NCBI GenBank assembly: GCA_965645245.1
Contig: OZ287076.1
Coordinates: 496,001 to 560,000 of the forward strand
Direction: 5' to 3'
Source: Massalongia carnosa
Lineage: Eukaryota
DNA length: 64,000 nt
Part shown: in pieces, positions 50,671 to 61,812 of the stretch
Position numbering within the stretch: position 1 is the first letter of the stretch
Layout: the number at the start of each line of letters is the position of its first letter
Made by a program: the position numbers and the translations under genes
The notes under the pieces: model-generated
Database searches by the model: none
Seen by the model: only the letters and a program-made list of their open reading frames with translations
What the model was told of the DNA's origin: nothing

Positions 50671-53600
50671 GAGGACTTCAATGAACGAAGGAGGATCACA
50701 AAAGAGATGCCCGAACTAGATACGAACATGGAGTTCATATATGCTTTCCAGGCTCAATCAGCAGTGAATCCAATCATCGGAGCGAGCCGCCCAGATGAGC
50801 GAGGTGGTCTGCACCGACGAAGCTCGTGGCTACTGGCTTGAGGTATGCGAGGCCTCGTCTCATGTCGTCTATCCATGGCTTCGGATTGTCGGAGTTGCAA
50901 AGGAAGGAACATCGTTAGTCAATCAGGGCCCAAGGACGAGTTCAGGACGACAAATGACATAAAGTGTGATGGAAAGCCCTAATCTGAAACCTTATCGTTA
51001 TCTCTGCCGCCATCTCACTATCCCCAACGGCTGTTTCTATGTGATCACCACAGCGATTTGATCGTGGCATGGAAGTTCTCATCGGAAGACTGCAAGCATT
51101 CGAGTACTTCCATCGCAGGCTTGTTATAAAGAGGTGAGAGTCGTACTCCAGTGCTCCCAGAAGCTTGCACTCGAGACAATTTCAGAGAAAAGAAGGTTGA
51201 AGTGGAAACAGAAATAGATTAGAGAAAAAGCAAAGGACAAGCTCTTTCGGCCGGCCCATTACCAGTCCTGTTGTTACAGACGTGACAGAGTACGTGCCCT
51301 GCATCTGTGTACTCTAGTCTTGTGCCCGAAAGGCGGATCGGCGCCGCTTGCGGAGGTTCCCTCGTACTAATGACGTTCGTTATCTACAGAATTTCGTCAC
51401 TATTTTCGCAGAAAGTTTCATGCTTCGTAGCTGCTGATCTGGATCGATCCCGTGCTTGAACCGCGCAATTTCACGAGGGGAGCAGTCCACGAATACTACA
51501 ATAGGAAAGTAGGCGAAAAGTTTGCCATGTTTCTGGTTCATAAGGAGAGACAATTCCATTCTCAAATACCCCGACCAACGAGTTTCCGGGCAAAGCATCG
51601 TTTCCTTCGATATGCAGGCTAATCAGGAACGCCAAGATAGAACCATTTGAAAGATCATACTGATCCAACGACGTCATCCTCAAACAGCATATTAGTGGCT
51701 CTCGAGGACCCTATAAGCTCGATCATAGATGATTGTAACCATAGCTTCCGCTTCCTGAAAAGCGTCACGCTTCTTCCCGGAGAACAACAGCCACCATAGA
51801 AGTATGCCATCAGTACACTAACACTCGCTTTGTAAACAAAAGAAAACCTAGAATGCGACTTACCAAAAACCGTACTTAGTCTTTGGCCAAAGTCCCGTTC
51901 AGTATTTGCTCTGCTAAAATCCCATCCCCTCCCTGCACTTTGCAGTCCTCGATGAACGGCCGCATGAAGTCGGGCGAGAAGTTTTCCGCATCGAGAGCCA
52001 GCATACATCAATCTTTCCGTGTGGGGAATAGTGGATCTTGTTCCATCCTTTCAATCTCTAGGGGATGTAAACATTCTCCATCTATCTAGGTACCTACCAC
52101 CTACCTATTTTCCTCACGTTTATACTCTACAAGTCATCTACCATGATTGAGCACTTCAGAGATTCATTCGAGCGGGGAAGAAATATAAGACGAGCAGTAA
52201 ACAATGCGAAAACGGGGTCGCTGCCGAAGTACCCCTTTCAAGTGTAGTGGTAGGTGAAGAACTATAAAGGGTATGCCCAGTAGTTGACATGGTAATTGGC
52301 CCATAGTAGAAATCAGTGGTTTGTATATCTGCATCCTGTTCAGAATACAACATAAATAAACCAACACAACATACATACTCGTGTCGCCCAGAAGTGCTCA
52401 GTTTTTTTGTACACTAACCCAAATGAGGCGACACAAGTACAACAAAAGATGCTTTTTCCCCGGTCCTTACGCATGTAACCACAAATGACATAAGGAAAGG
52501 CCATTTAAAAATAACCATAGTAAAACTGATAATTTTATTTTACAAACCCGTCGAGTTATCTTCTCGAAATCAGAAACAACACGGATGAACTCGGGAGCGT
52601 TCTAATGCCGAGTGTTGGTTTATTCTGGTGGGCGTCAAGGTGGGAAGAAAGTGGTATTCCAATTACCAATGCCTTAAAATTTAGGTAAGCATTTTAACGA
52701 TAAGTTTTCAAAGGGGTAACGAAGTAGTACTCTCGTAGATAGAGAAGGTGGAATAGGAGGCGATGGGATTGGTTATCACGGGCATGTTCGCGTAGATAAT
52801 TTTTCCACAATCAGTTAGCTCATATCTCCAGAGATATTCGGTTTCTCCTAAAAGTCCCCGGGCTTCGAGTCTCGACACAACCACATATTTTTCGAGAGCC
52901 CTTTTGGTCCTGGACATCCACCACACAGTATTAGACAGTGTAGGTGGATCGGAAGAGACGAGGGAGGAGGCGATGAAGTAGGTGGTGAAGTCGTCGCTGT
53001 TCAGCCCGAATAAGTAACGCCACCTAACCCATCGAGCCAATGATTTGATAAGGTGCTCCAAATCAAGAGGCCAGAACTGCTCATCTAGGAATGTCGATCC
53101 CATAATGCAGTTTAACAGCCTCTTTCAATATTCGGACATAGATGACGTTGCTACACGTTACCTCCACCGTGTGATAGCAAGAAGCTGTAGGTCAGGGTCA
53201 CCTGCTGGGGCACTTCGGGTTGCAAATGCAAGCATCCATTTTTCGACGTGAATGGCGCTGCTTCACACCATTCCCTTCCATGAGGCGAATCTTTTTCTGT
53301 AGGTCTAGTCCCTTGCTCAAGGCGAGACACAGGTCCATCGAGGATGACCGAAGAGTAGCCCGAAGATGTCCTGCTTCAGCTCCTCCACAGTCTCAGCTCG
53401 AGTATCTACACGACCCTCGTGATGGCGCGTCTGAGAGATCTATTGCGATGCCTTGATATAGGAAGGGCGGGTCCAATTTGTCTATATAATCATCCTTAGT
53501 TCTTTTTGTCTCCCACTTGCTCCATCATTTAGTTCCAACCATCACTCTCAACTAATATTGAATCTGAAGTCCCATAATCCATTACTTTAGAACTCATCAT

Positions 53601-55401
53601 GCATTTTAAGACCCTCTCCTTGGCATTCTGTCTCGTCACCACGGCATTCGCGGCAAACACATGTACACCCGACCGAATGCCATTCTGTTGCACCGCTGTA
53701 GGGAACTGTATGAATCTAGGCACTTTGGCCTTGTAATTATTGATACTAAATCTTGTGATCAGGTCGAAATCTCCCTGTTAACAATCTTATTTACGGGTCC
53801 TGTGGAGCAAACGAGAACTCGAGATGCTGCAAAGTCTCTGGGTTCAACAATGTGGGAGATGTAAACATTTCCAGTTCTTCACATTGCTGAAACCTTTTTT
53901 ACTGATTCGAGATAGCCTGGAACCTTTACCGTTGGCGGAACTTCCAATAGCCAAACTGTTTGGAACTGCAATACCCCCAAGGTTAACTTTTAGACCTGCA
54001 CCTCTGCTTGCCATAGCTGAGAATTTCCGGGCGGGACACATGTTGGAGAGTATCTCAAGACGGACAAGCTATGACTGAGGGAAAGCTTTTTTATGGGTCG
54101 ATTGTCTTTTGGGATCCTAGAGAGTGTTGATTAGTGCCCATGAACATGCGTAATAATACTACCTAATCGCTTTTATGACTTCCATTTATTTTTCATATTG
54201 ATCCCATTAATCCTAACCAACACCCTAAAAAGTCTGCCATCCCCCGCACTTCTTCATATTTGGGTTCTACAATTCACACCTCCCTCCCCTTAAGTTAGCC
54301 ATGGCCCACTCCGCCCCCCCCCCCGCCCTGTAAGGCAACCAGTTAATTCAGCCCGTGATGGTTCTCCCCCCTGAAACTAAATTTTGCATCGACCTAACAT
54401 CTCTCTAACGAAGCTGTGAACTGAGCCCCGATCAGCACGACCAACAGTAAGGAAAAGAGAAAAAGAAAAGCAGTTAACCCTACATCGAGGTCTTAGCGAA
54501 TCAAAGACACGAAAGGCATGACGAGAGTACATAACAGAGACCCTGACAGCAGCGCGGGACATGTCATCTTTATGCAGCTATATATGTTTCCTAGGGGGAC
54601 CCATGAACCAGGCATACATGTAAGTTACATAAACCATATGCTTCACGTTCAAAAAAAAAAAAGGATAAGCCCCTTCTGGGGACTAGGAAGTACGGCGGTT
54701 AATCTATTTCGTTAGGTATCCACTTTTGGGGAATCCCTCTCCCTCGCCTAGGGTCTTTTATGGGAGTTTTATGCCGCCTTTAAGAGGCGAGAGCAGGAAG
54801 CCCTGTGGAACTCCCTGCCCCCCTTTTGTAAAAAAGTACTTTTTTTCGAGCATTTTGGCCAGTTCTCTTGTTCTGCTGTGCATCTTCATTGAGTTCTCTC
54901 CAGAAATCATATTTAATTTTTCTTTCCTCTCTCTGCGCAATATGTGAACCTCTTCAAAAGGCTGGGTGGGGGGTGAGTATTGAAAGCCTTCTCTGTGTTT
55001 TCCACCTTTAGATGGAAACCATCTATGCCCACACATCTCGTCGTCCTAGGGACAACAGAGGCGTTATTTTTATGTACATAGTGTACTCTGCAACTTGGTA
55101 GATCTTCTCAATCCGGCTGATTCTCCGTTTCAAATACCATAGTGAAGTTTTCTTTTTATTTCATTCTTCTTTCTTCTTTCTTGTTTTTTTAAAAACGGTT
55201 GCGTATAACGTACATATTGAGACAGAATGAATTACTGGGTTCGCGTTGCATTGACAGATGAAGAGATAATAGCCGCCTAAGCCTCTCCAGGTTAGCGTTG
55301 TTGCCTACTAGCACCGTTTTCATGAATTAGTACATATAACTTACGGACATAGTAATTGAGTAATGCTATTGAACATTTCCTTAGAGTAAGCATCAATCAT
55401 C

Positions 55402-57109
55402 ATGGCGAATGTTGCCATTAATGGCAAAAATGGCAAAGAAAGAATACCTCTGTGGTTAGATTGCGATCCAGGTACTGCCAGATGGAAGCATTATGGGAAT
55501 AGGCTAATGGCCTCCAAATATTGTCTTATAAGACCTAACATGGATAGGACACGATGTAAAAAATACCCCCCAACAACCAACCCCCCACCGTACCGATATT
55601 GACAAGCTCATGGAAAGGATGCATTCGCTATTCTCCTCGCTGCGCATCATCATTCCCTTCACCTTCTAGGTGTCAGTACCGTTCATGGTAACGCATCGCT
55701 CGAGAAAACCACGGCAAATGCTGGCAGCGTTCTTACGGCCATTGGAAAACCTGATGTGCCCGTTTATCCAGGAGCTGCGAAGCCATTTTGTAGGAAGGCT
55801 GTGCATGCCCCTGATATTCATGGTGAATCATTATCCTTCAACGTGCACAAATACCATTGACATGTTGAATGATGTCTTTAGGCGCTACTGGCATCGATGG
55901 CACCGATCTTCTGCCAAAAGCCGCTTGTCCACCCATAAGACACATCAATGCCATTGTCGCCATGCGTACGGCGCTGATGGCCCAAACTGAAGGCAAAGCC
56001 TGGCTGGTTGCAACTGGAGCCTTGACCAATGTGGCCTTGCTCTTTGTCACTTTTCCTGAAGTTGCTAGGCATATCAAGGGCTTAAGCATTATGGGAGGTG
56101 CTATTGGGGACAAATTTTCGAATGCAGCAATGGGTCATGTGCGCTCCAAGGTAGAGTGGATTGGGAATACGACAAGGTGGGCCGAGTTTAACATCTACGT
56201 AAGGATCCGTGCAATTCAATAATGAATTAGCCTTCTAACATAAGTTATGGGCTCATCATCTAGTGCGATCCTGAAGCTGCTCAAGCAGTTTTCTCTGATG
56301 TCGCTCTGGCTGCTAAGACAACTCTCATTCCGCTAGATCTTACACATCAAGTCCTAGCAACAGAATGGGTACGGAAGCGACTTCAGCGTACATCTCGTCC
56401 TCAGTTCGAGGCCAATCAGCGTTTAGCTGTGGCATCTGCACTACAACAATGGCAAAAACCACCTGATTCAGAAGGGCTGGCTGAGGGTGGACCAGCTTAT
56501 CCCAATTTGTTCCTGGACGATCAAATAATAGACGAAATCGTCAGTCAGCCTCTCGCATTTAGAGACGCAGACGATCTCCGAGCCATTCTTCCCGAAATAT
56601 GGCAGGATGTTTGGAAAGATGAATATGCTGGCAAAGTTTTTCGTGACATTCAAAAGGCAGTGGCTAATGTGGAAGACGAATCTCAAGGACCATACAAAGA
56701 CTTACCCCTTTCTGAACAAAAACTAAACATAAACCTCCGCAAAATGTTGCACGACCTTCTCATGTTCTTCGCTACCACCTACGCCGATGTTTTCGGCTTC
56801 ACCAGAGGACCGCCGCTCCATGACCCCATCGCCGTTGCCGTCCTTCTGAACGAGTCCTCCCATGAGCAACTCGAATTCGACGACAATCAAGGCGAAAGGT
56901 GGATCTTGGATGTTGTGACCGACGGCTTGCACAGCAGTAACCACGAAGAGAGAGGACAGGTGGGAAGGACCAAGGCACGAAAAGCGCTCGTGGGCGAGGG
57001 CGGCATACGCATTCCCCGAAGGCTGAACGTGCAGCGTTTCTGGGCCGTTGTGGAGGATTGCATTCAGCACGCTGAGGATGCGCTCGCGGTGCAGGCTTCC
57101 CCGTTGTGA
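55402..57109 (+). CDS. URH1: Inosine/uridine-preferring nucleoside hydrolase (Urh1-like) with a large internal insertion
   Basis: Exons 55402-55471, 55548-55555, 55618-55822, 55882-56198 and 56264-57109 give WLDCDPGHDDAFAI, STVHGN, IHGATGIDG, ATGALTN, MGG, AEFNIYCDPEAA, PLDLTHQ and GPPLHDPIAVA. Confidence 0.93.
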
Positions 57110-58071
57110 GCTTCGCCATGGTGGAATCGTTACAGTCTTTTCGATAAGCATCTTGAGGCTGATAGATGAATTTTATATACGACAATAGTGATCTTACGAT
57201 ATGACTCTGTATTGGACTGGAACAACAGTATATTACAGGATCATTTTACACCCCTTCGCCCCCCAACCTCCAACCCCCCTCTCAAAACACACAATCTCAA
57301 TCCTGCTATCCATACCTACACCCTCCTCACTACAACAAAGTTACCCCTTTTTTCCCCTTCTCATTTTTACCACCTAATCTCGCACTCCCAAGGAAAATCG
57401 CTAGCCAATTTGCCTTACCTCCTCATAGACACAGACCGAAAACACTAGGAAACCGTCACTGTGCTACACTACCTATTACTGTTATTACTGCTGCTGCTGC
57501 TGCTGCCGCTGCTAGTACTACCACCAACAAGAAACACTAACAACCAGAACCAATAAGTAAATCTCCATCTTCATTCCGGATTCATGGAGGCATAGGTGAA
57601 TAGAGGAGCGAGTGAACGAACGAACGAAGACGAATATTATAACGCAGGACTTTCTTTCGTTTTCGCTTGGTGCCAGGAGTGTGATGGTGAGTGTTGTGGT
57701 GGTGGTGGTGGTGGTGGTGAGGGTGGGCCGTGGGAGGGGAAAGGATCGAATGGGAAGGAAATTGGGAATAGGAAGGGGGAGATGGAGATGAATAAGAATT
57801 AATAAGTACGTAGATAAGAATAGATGAACGAGTTAGCGAAGAAATGGGTTGATGACTTGTAAAACTAGATAGACGACGATGACGATGATGACAATGACGA
57901 TTTATCTTGACGATACATTTTGTGTTTCGTTCCCTTTTCCCGGGTTTCTCGCACTTACCCTGGCTACCTCCTTTTTTCCGGCCCCCTTTCTCCCTCCATT
58001 TCCCCCTCCCTGCCCTCTCCCTACTCCCCCCTTCTCTCCAATAGCCCCCTCAAATCACCCTCCACCCCCCC

Positions 58072-58818
58072 TCATCTCCTCCCCTCAACCATCACAATAT
58101 GATACCCATGCGCCGTCTTCACTTCCGCCCACTTCGGCGCCACGACCGAGCTGGGCTCCAGCTCGTAGGCAACTTTCTCGAACTCGGCCGTCAGCGCGCC
58201 GCGCGTTTTCCAGCCTAGACTGCCTCCTGTTTGGAAAGGTGGAGGTGGGAAGGGGGTTAGTTGGTTGTTTTGGTTTGGCTAGGTTCTAAGGAGTTGAGGA
58301 CTGTGAAAGGGTGGGAAGATCGAACACGGGGTCTGGGTGAGCAGAAGAAGAACGAAGAAGAGCCAAATAAAATAAAAGTTCACAAACCCTGCCTAGCCTT
58401 ATCCTCCGAAAACTCCCTCGCCACCTCATCGAACTTAACGCCTTCCCGCAGCTTCGCCACCGCCTCCTCCTTTTTCGAGTGTTTCTCGCACTAAACGTTC
58501 CATCCAAATCCCCCCGGGTTTTTAAAGTTAGCCCTCCATCACCATCACAGACCAGCATTTCATGCCTCCGCTTATAACTTATGTACAGAGTAGGTAGGTA
58601 TCTTTAACTCCAACTCCTCTCAACTAAGGGAGGAAAGGTTGGGAAAGGAATGAGTGGGAAAGCAGGGGAAGAAGAAGGAAGAAATGGGTTCGTACGAGGA
58701 TATGGCGCGTGTTGATCGCTGTTGCAGGTTTAAGTTTGGAGGAGGAGTCGGGGTTGGTAGTTTTTGCGGAAGAGGATTTGGTGCCTGCTTTGCCAGCTGG
58801 TTTGGATTTGGGGGCCAT
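58072..58818 (-). CDS. PIN4: Parvulin-type peptidyl-prolyl isomerase (Par14/Pin4)
   Basis: Exons 58818-58696, 58490-58388 and 58226-58072 give a basic N-terminus then [17 protein letters not shown]...[23 protein letters not shown]...[17 protein letters not shown]. Confidence 0.95.
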
Positions 58819-59025
58819 TGTTGGTAGGGAAAGATTGGGGGAAGGGAAGGCTGGATGAGCTAATTGGGAGATGGACGATTGCAGGGAGATGGAGGAGGTA
58901 TTGAAGTTGATGGCACTTGAGAGTTAAATGGATTACGTACTCTGTAGATGCGATAAGATAACTTGTTAAGATAAGATGTGGATGCTGATTTGGCTTAGAC
59001 AATTCAGATAAGATAAGACTAACCA

Positions 59026-60434
59026 CAGTGGGTGTCAAAAGTTTTTACCTAATGAGGGTAGGATTTTTAAGCGAAAATCCCCCATGTGGATGAAATTTTT
59101 TTTAGATTTCCTCCCCCAATCAACCATGGCACCATCTACTCCACCACCACAGGCCAAAAAATCCCCTGATGCTGATACTATCAGAAAAACCCGCTTTTTT
59201 CATGCTATTGATCATCGGCCGGAAAATGTCACCATCAAAGATGTCTGCGAGCAGGAGAGCATCAAGCTCGATCGAGGAAAATATTGGCTGAAGCAACGCC
59301 AGCGTCTTGAAGACGTCGCCTATCGACGACGTTCTCGTAGCGCTCGACCTAAAAAAGTGAGCACTCAGTTGATAAATCAGATGCTGAATCCACATACAAA
59401 TAGCGTTCGCGATCAGCCGTACACCGTTACAATTGGAGCACTTACATATATATGCAATGCGACGTACACTGCAAAGAGCATTCAGTACTCGCAAACCTCG
59501 TGCCGCTCGATTTAAAAAAGCGAAGGTGAAAACGCTCAGTCAGAAAAACGAGCGACTACGAGTTCTATACGGGAAAGAGCATGAAAATCATACTATTGAG
59601 AATTTCTGGTAGTACGTTCATTTCACGGATGAGGCTCATTTCGACCTGGATCAAACGTACTAAGAGCGAGTTCTTCGAGAGGAAGGCACTAGATACGAGT
59701 TAGAAAACATGCAAAAGATGCCTGACATGAAGGGAGTAAAACTGCATGTGGCCGCTTCTATTTCGTGGCATCATAAAGGGCCGCTGACGTTTTACAATGA
59801 CGAGCACGACGCGCCTGAAAATCAGGTTCACAAGCCCAGAAAACCACGCAAGTCGAAGTATGAAACGGAGCATGATCATCGTCAGCGAATAGCTGAATGG
59901 GAGGCATCTCTACCTCACGATTTAGAGATTAAATCAAAAGGCAATAGCATGACTCAAGCTTATTATACGGAGCGTCTGCTTCCCGGCTATATGACTGAAA
60001 TTCATGAATGTCGTGTTTTTCATGATCGATTTTGCATCTTTCAAGAAGATAACGATCCTAGTCACGGCACACGATCTACAGACAATATCGTACGTAGATT
60101 CAAGGCAGCTAGCTGGATTGAAACGTTGAATCATCCTCCGCAATCCCCTGATCTCAATCCAACGGAAGGGGTATGGAATATTCTGAAACAGCGAGTTAGA
60201 CGGCGACGGTGCAGCAATGTGAGAGAGTTAAAACGGGTGATTCTAGATGAATGGGACAAAATATCTATAGATGAAATTCGGGCCCGAATTAAGGAGATGC
60301 CTGATCGATGTAAGAGATTAATAGCGACGGAGGGCAAAGCAATAAAATCCGATCTATGGTAAATTCTGATGATTTTGGTGAGGTGCCTTGAAAATTTTGG
60401 TGAGGCATTAGGTAAAAACTTTTGACACCCACGT
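59026..60434 (+). mobile_element. Tc1/mariner-type DNA transposon, inactivated
   Basis: Perfect 27-bp inverted repeat GTGGGTGTCAAAAGTTTTTACCTAATG at 59028-59054 and 60406-60432. The left end begins CAGT. No clean TA duplication. Confidence 0.92.
59126..60362 (+). pseudogene. Tc1-like DDE_3 transposase pseudogene (DD38E)
   Basis: HFTDEAHF, FQEDNDPSH and PPQSPDLNPTEGVW. +1 frameshift at about 59429; in-frame TAG 59610-59612 and TAA 59661-59663. Confidence 0.9.
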
Positions 60435-60539
60435 GAACTAGACTAGATGGATCTAAGATTAAGCCTTGTGTTCGATTCATATCAACAGTGATGGATATTG
60501 CACCTACTCTATTAAAACTAACGATATCTCTCTACTATC

Positions 60540-61812
60540 CTATTCACCCTTCCAGTCTTTCATTAAACCTATATCTTCACTTATCTCCTTCTCCTCCCCT
60601 TCATAAACTAATCTGTCCCCTTCCCCTTCGTTACGCTCACTCTCTAGGTGCACCCAGCTTCTACTTCTTTTCACTCCATTTCTCCCCGAAACAGAGAAAA
60701 GTGCTGACAATTCACGAATATATGGTGGAGCCCTACTAGAATACTTTCTTCTTATAGACTTCATCCTAGCTGTAGAACGGTTTGTTTGGTTTCCTAAAGA
60801 GTTTAGCGACGGTGATATGAGGCGGCATGAAGTTAGCCTCGAAGGTCGTCTAGTAGACGAAAGGTTTCGATCGGCAATGGGCCGCGTGATCGGAGCCGTA
60901 GCGCGAGTGATGGGGGTTGGGATCGAATGGGAAGACTGCAATATCTGGGAGCGGTTGGAGGGTAGGCTGGCCATCCATTTTGGAAGAGGTCGAGAGGGCG
61001 GTTGTGGTTGAGGAGGGGAAGGACGGCAAGGAAAAGTGGGTTTTTCGAGAAGAGGAAGGTCTTCTAAGCAGTATTTGCATAGAGGAACATTTTGAAGGGC
61101 AATTCCAGAGGGATCGTTGGTCCATGGTGGAGCGTGTATGGGAGTCTAATGTATAATGTGATCAGGCCTTTAACTAGCTTGTGGGGTTTATCTTATCCAT
61201 ATAGCAACCCCTTTCGTGGCACCTACAAAAGGGGGCTTGAACAGCAAAAGGAAGGGAACCACAAGGACATACCCTACACAAAAGGCAGCTAACGCACCCC
61301 CAATGCCACCAGCACCACCCGTAGCTTACACGCTCTTCCTTACGTGTAACCGTGTCCCCGCATGTCCAGCAGATAGAAAGGTTATGGATCCAAACCCAGC
61401 ATGTATGGCAGAAAGTTTTTAGTGCCTTTATTTTAGCAAAAGGGGTATACTGACTCAGCGCCGCTAAAGCTGCCGGGGCTGATTGGGGGAAAGCGCAAGG
61501 TTCGACGTGGTCAGGGATAGTATCAAGGCAGAGTGAGCATATGTGCTTTGACTTTCCATGTCGCGGATTGGTGATATTTTTGCTCGTATGGCTAAGGCCG
61601 CGAAGTGAATTAGAGATAGATTTGCGCGGTTTGAGCGTGGGCTGGGGAGCGAGTTCTTCCAGAAGCGGACAAAGGAGGGTACTCGAGGTTCGTATCCTCA
61701 ATGGAGGAGGGATGAGATGTCCACGGATCGGCAAGTCTGAGGAATGGAGCTGATGAAGAGATGGAAGGGAGAAACTAGTATGGAGACAAGGTAAACGGTT
61801 TGTAGGACCCAT
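60540..61812 (-). CDS. LIM-type zinc-binding domain protein
   Basis: CSLC..FCHTC, then CWTCGD...WWHWGCVSCLLCR. Intron 61146-61272, then PLCKYC and RPLPKWMASLPSNR. The 3' end is less certain. Confidence 0.75.

Noticed and set aside
53529..53723. QQNGIRSGVHVFAANA resembling the Ulp1/C48 QxNxxDCG motif
   Set aside because: The catalytic Cys is absent and no upstream His-Trp motif was found; too weak to call.
54600..55040. Possible old transposon relic
   Set aside because: No TIR, LTR or catalytic motif was identifiable.
3450..58818. Apparent cluster of RNA/ribosome-related genes (RBG1, TPT1, EFG1, URH1, PIN4)
   Set aside because: They are spread over 55 kb among unrelated genes, and the functional class is common.
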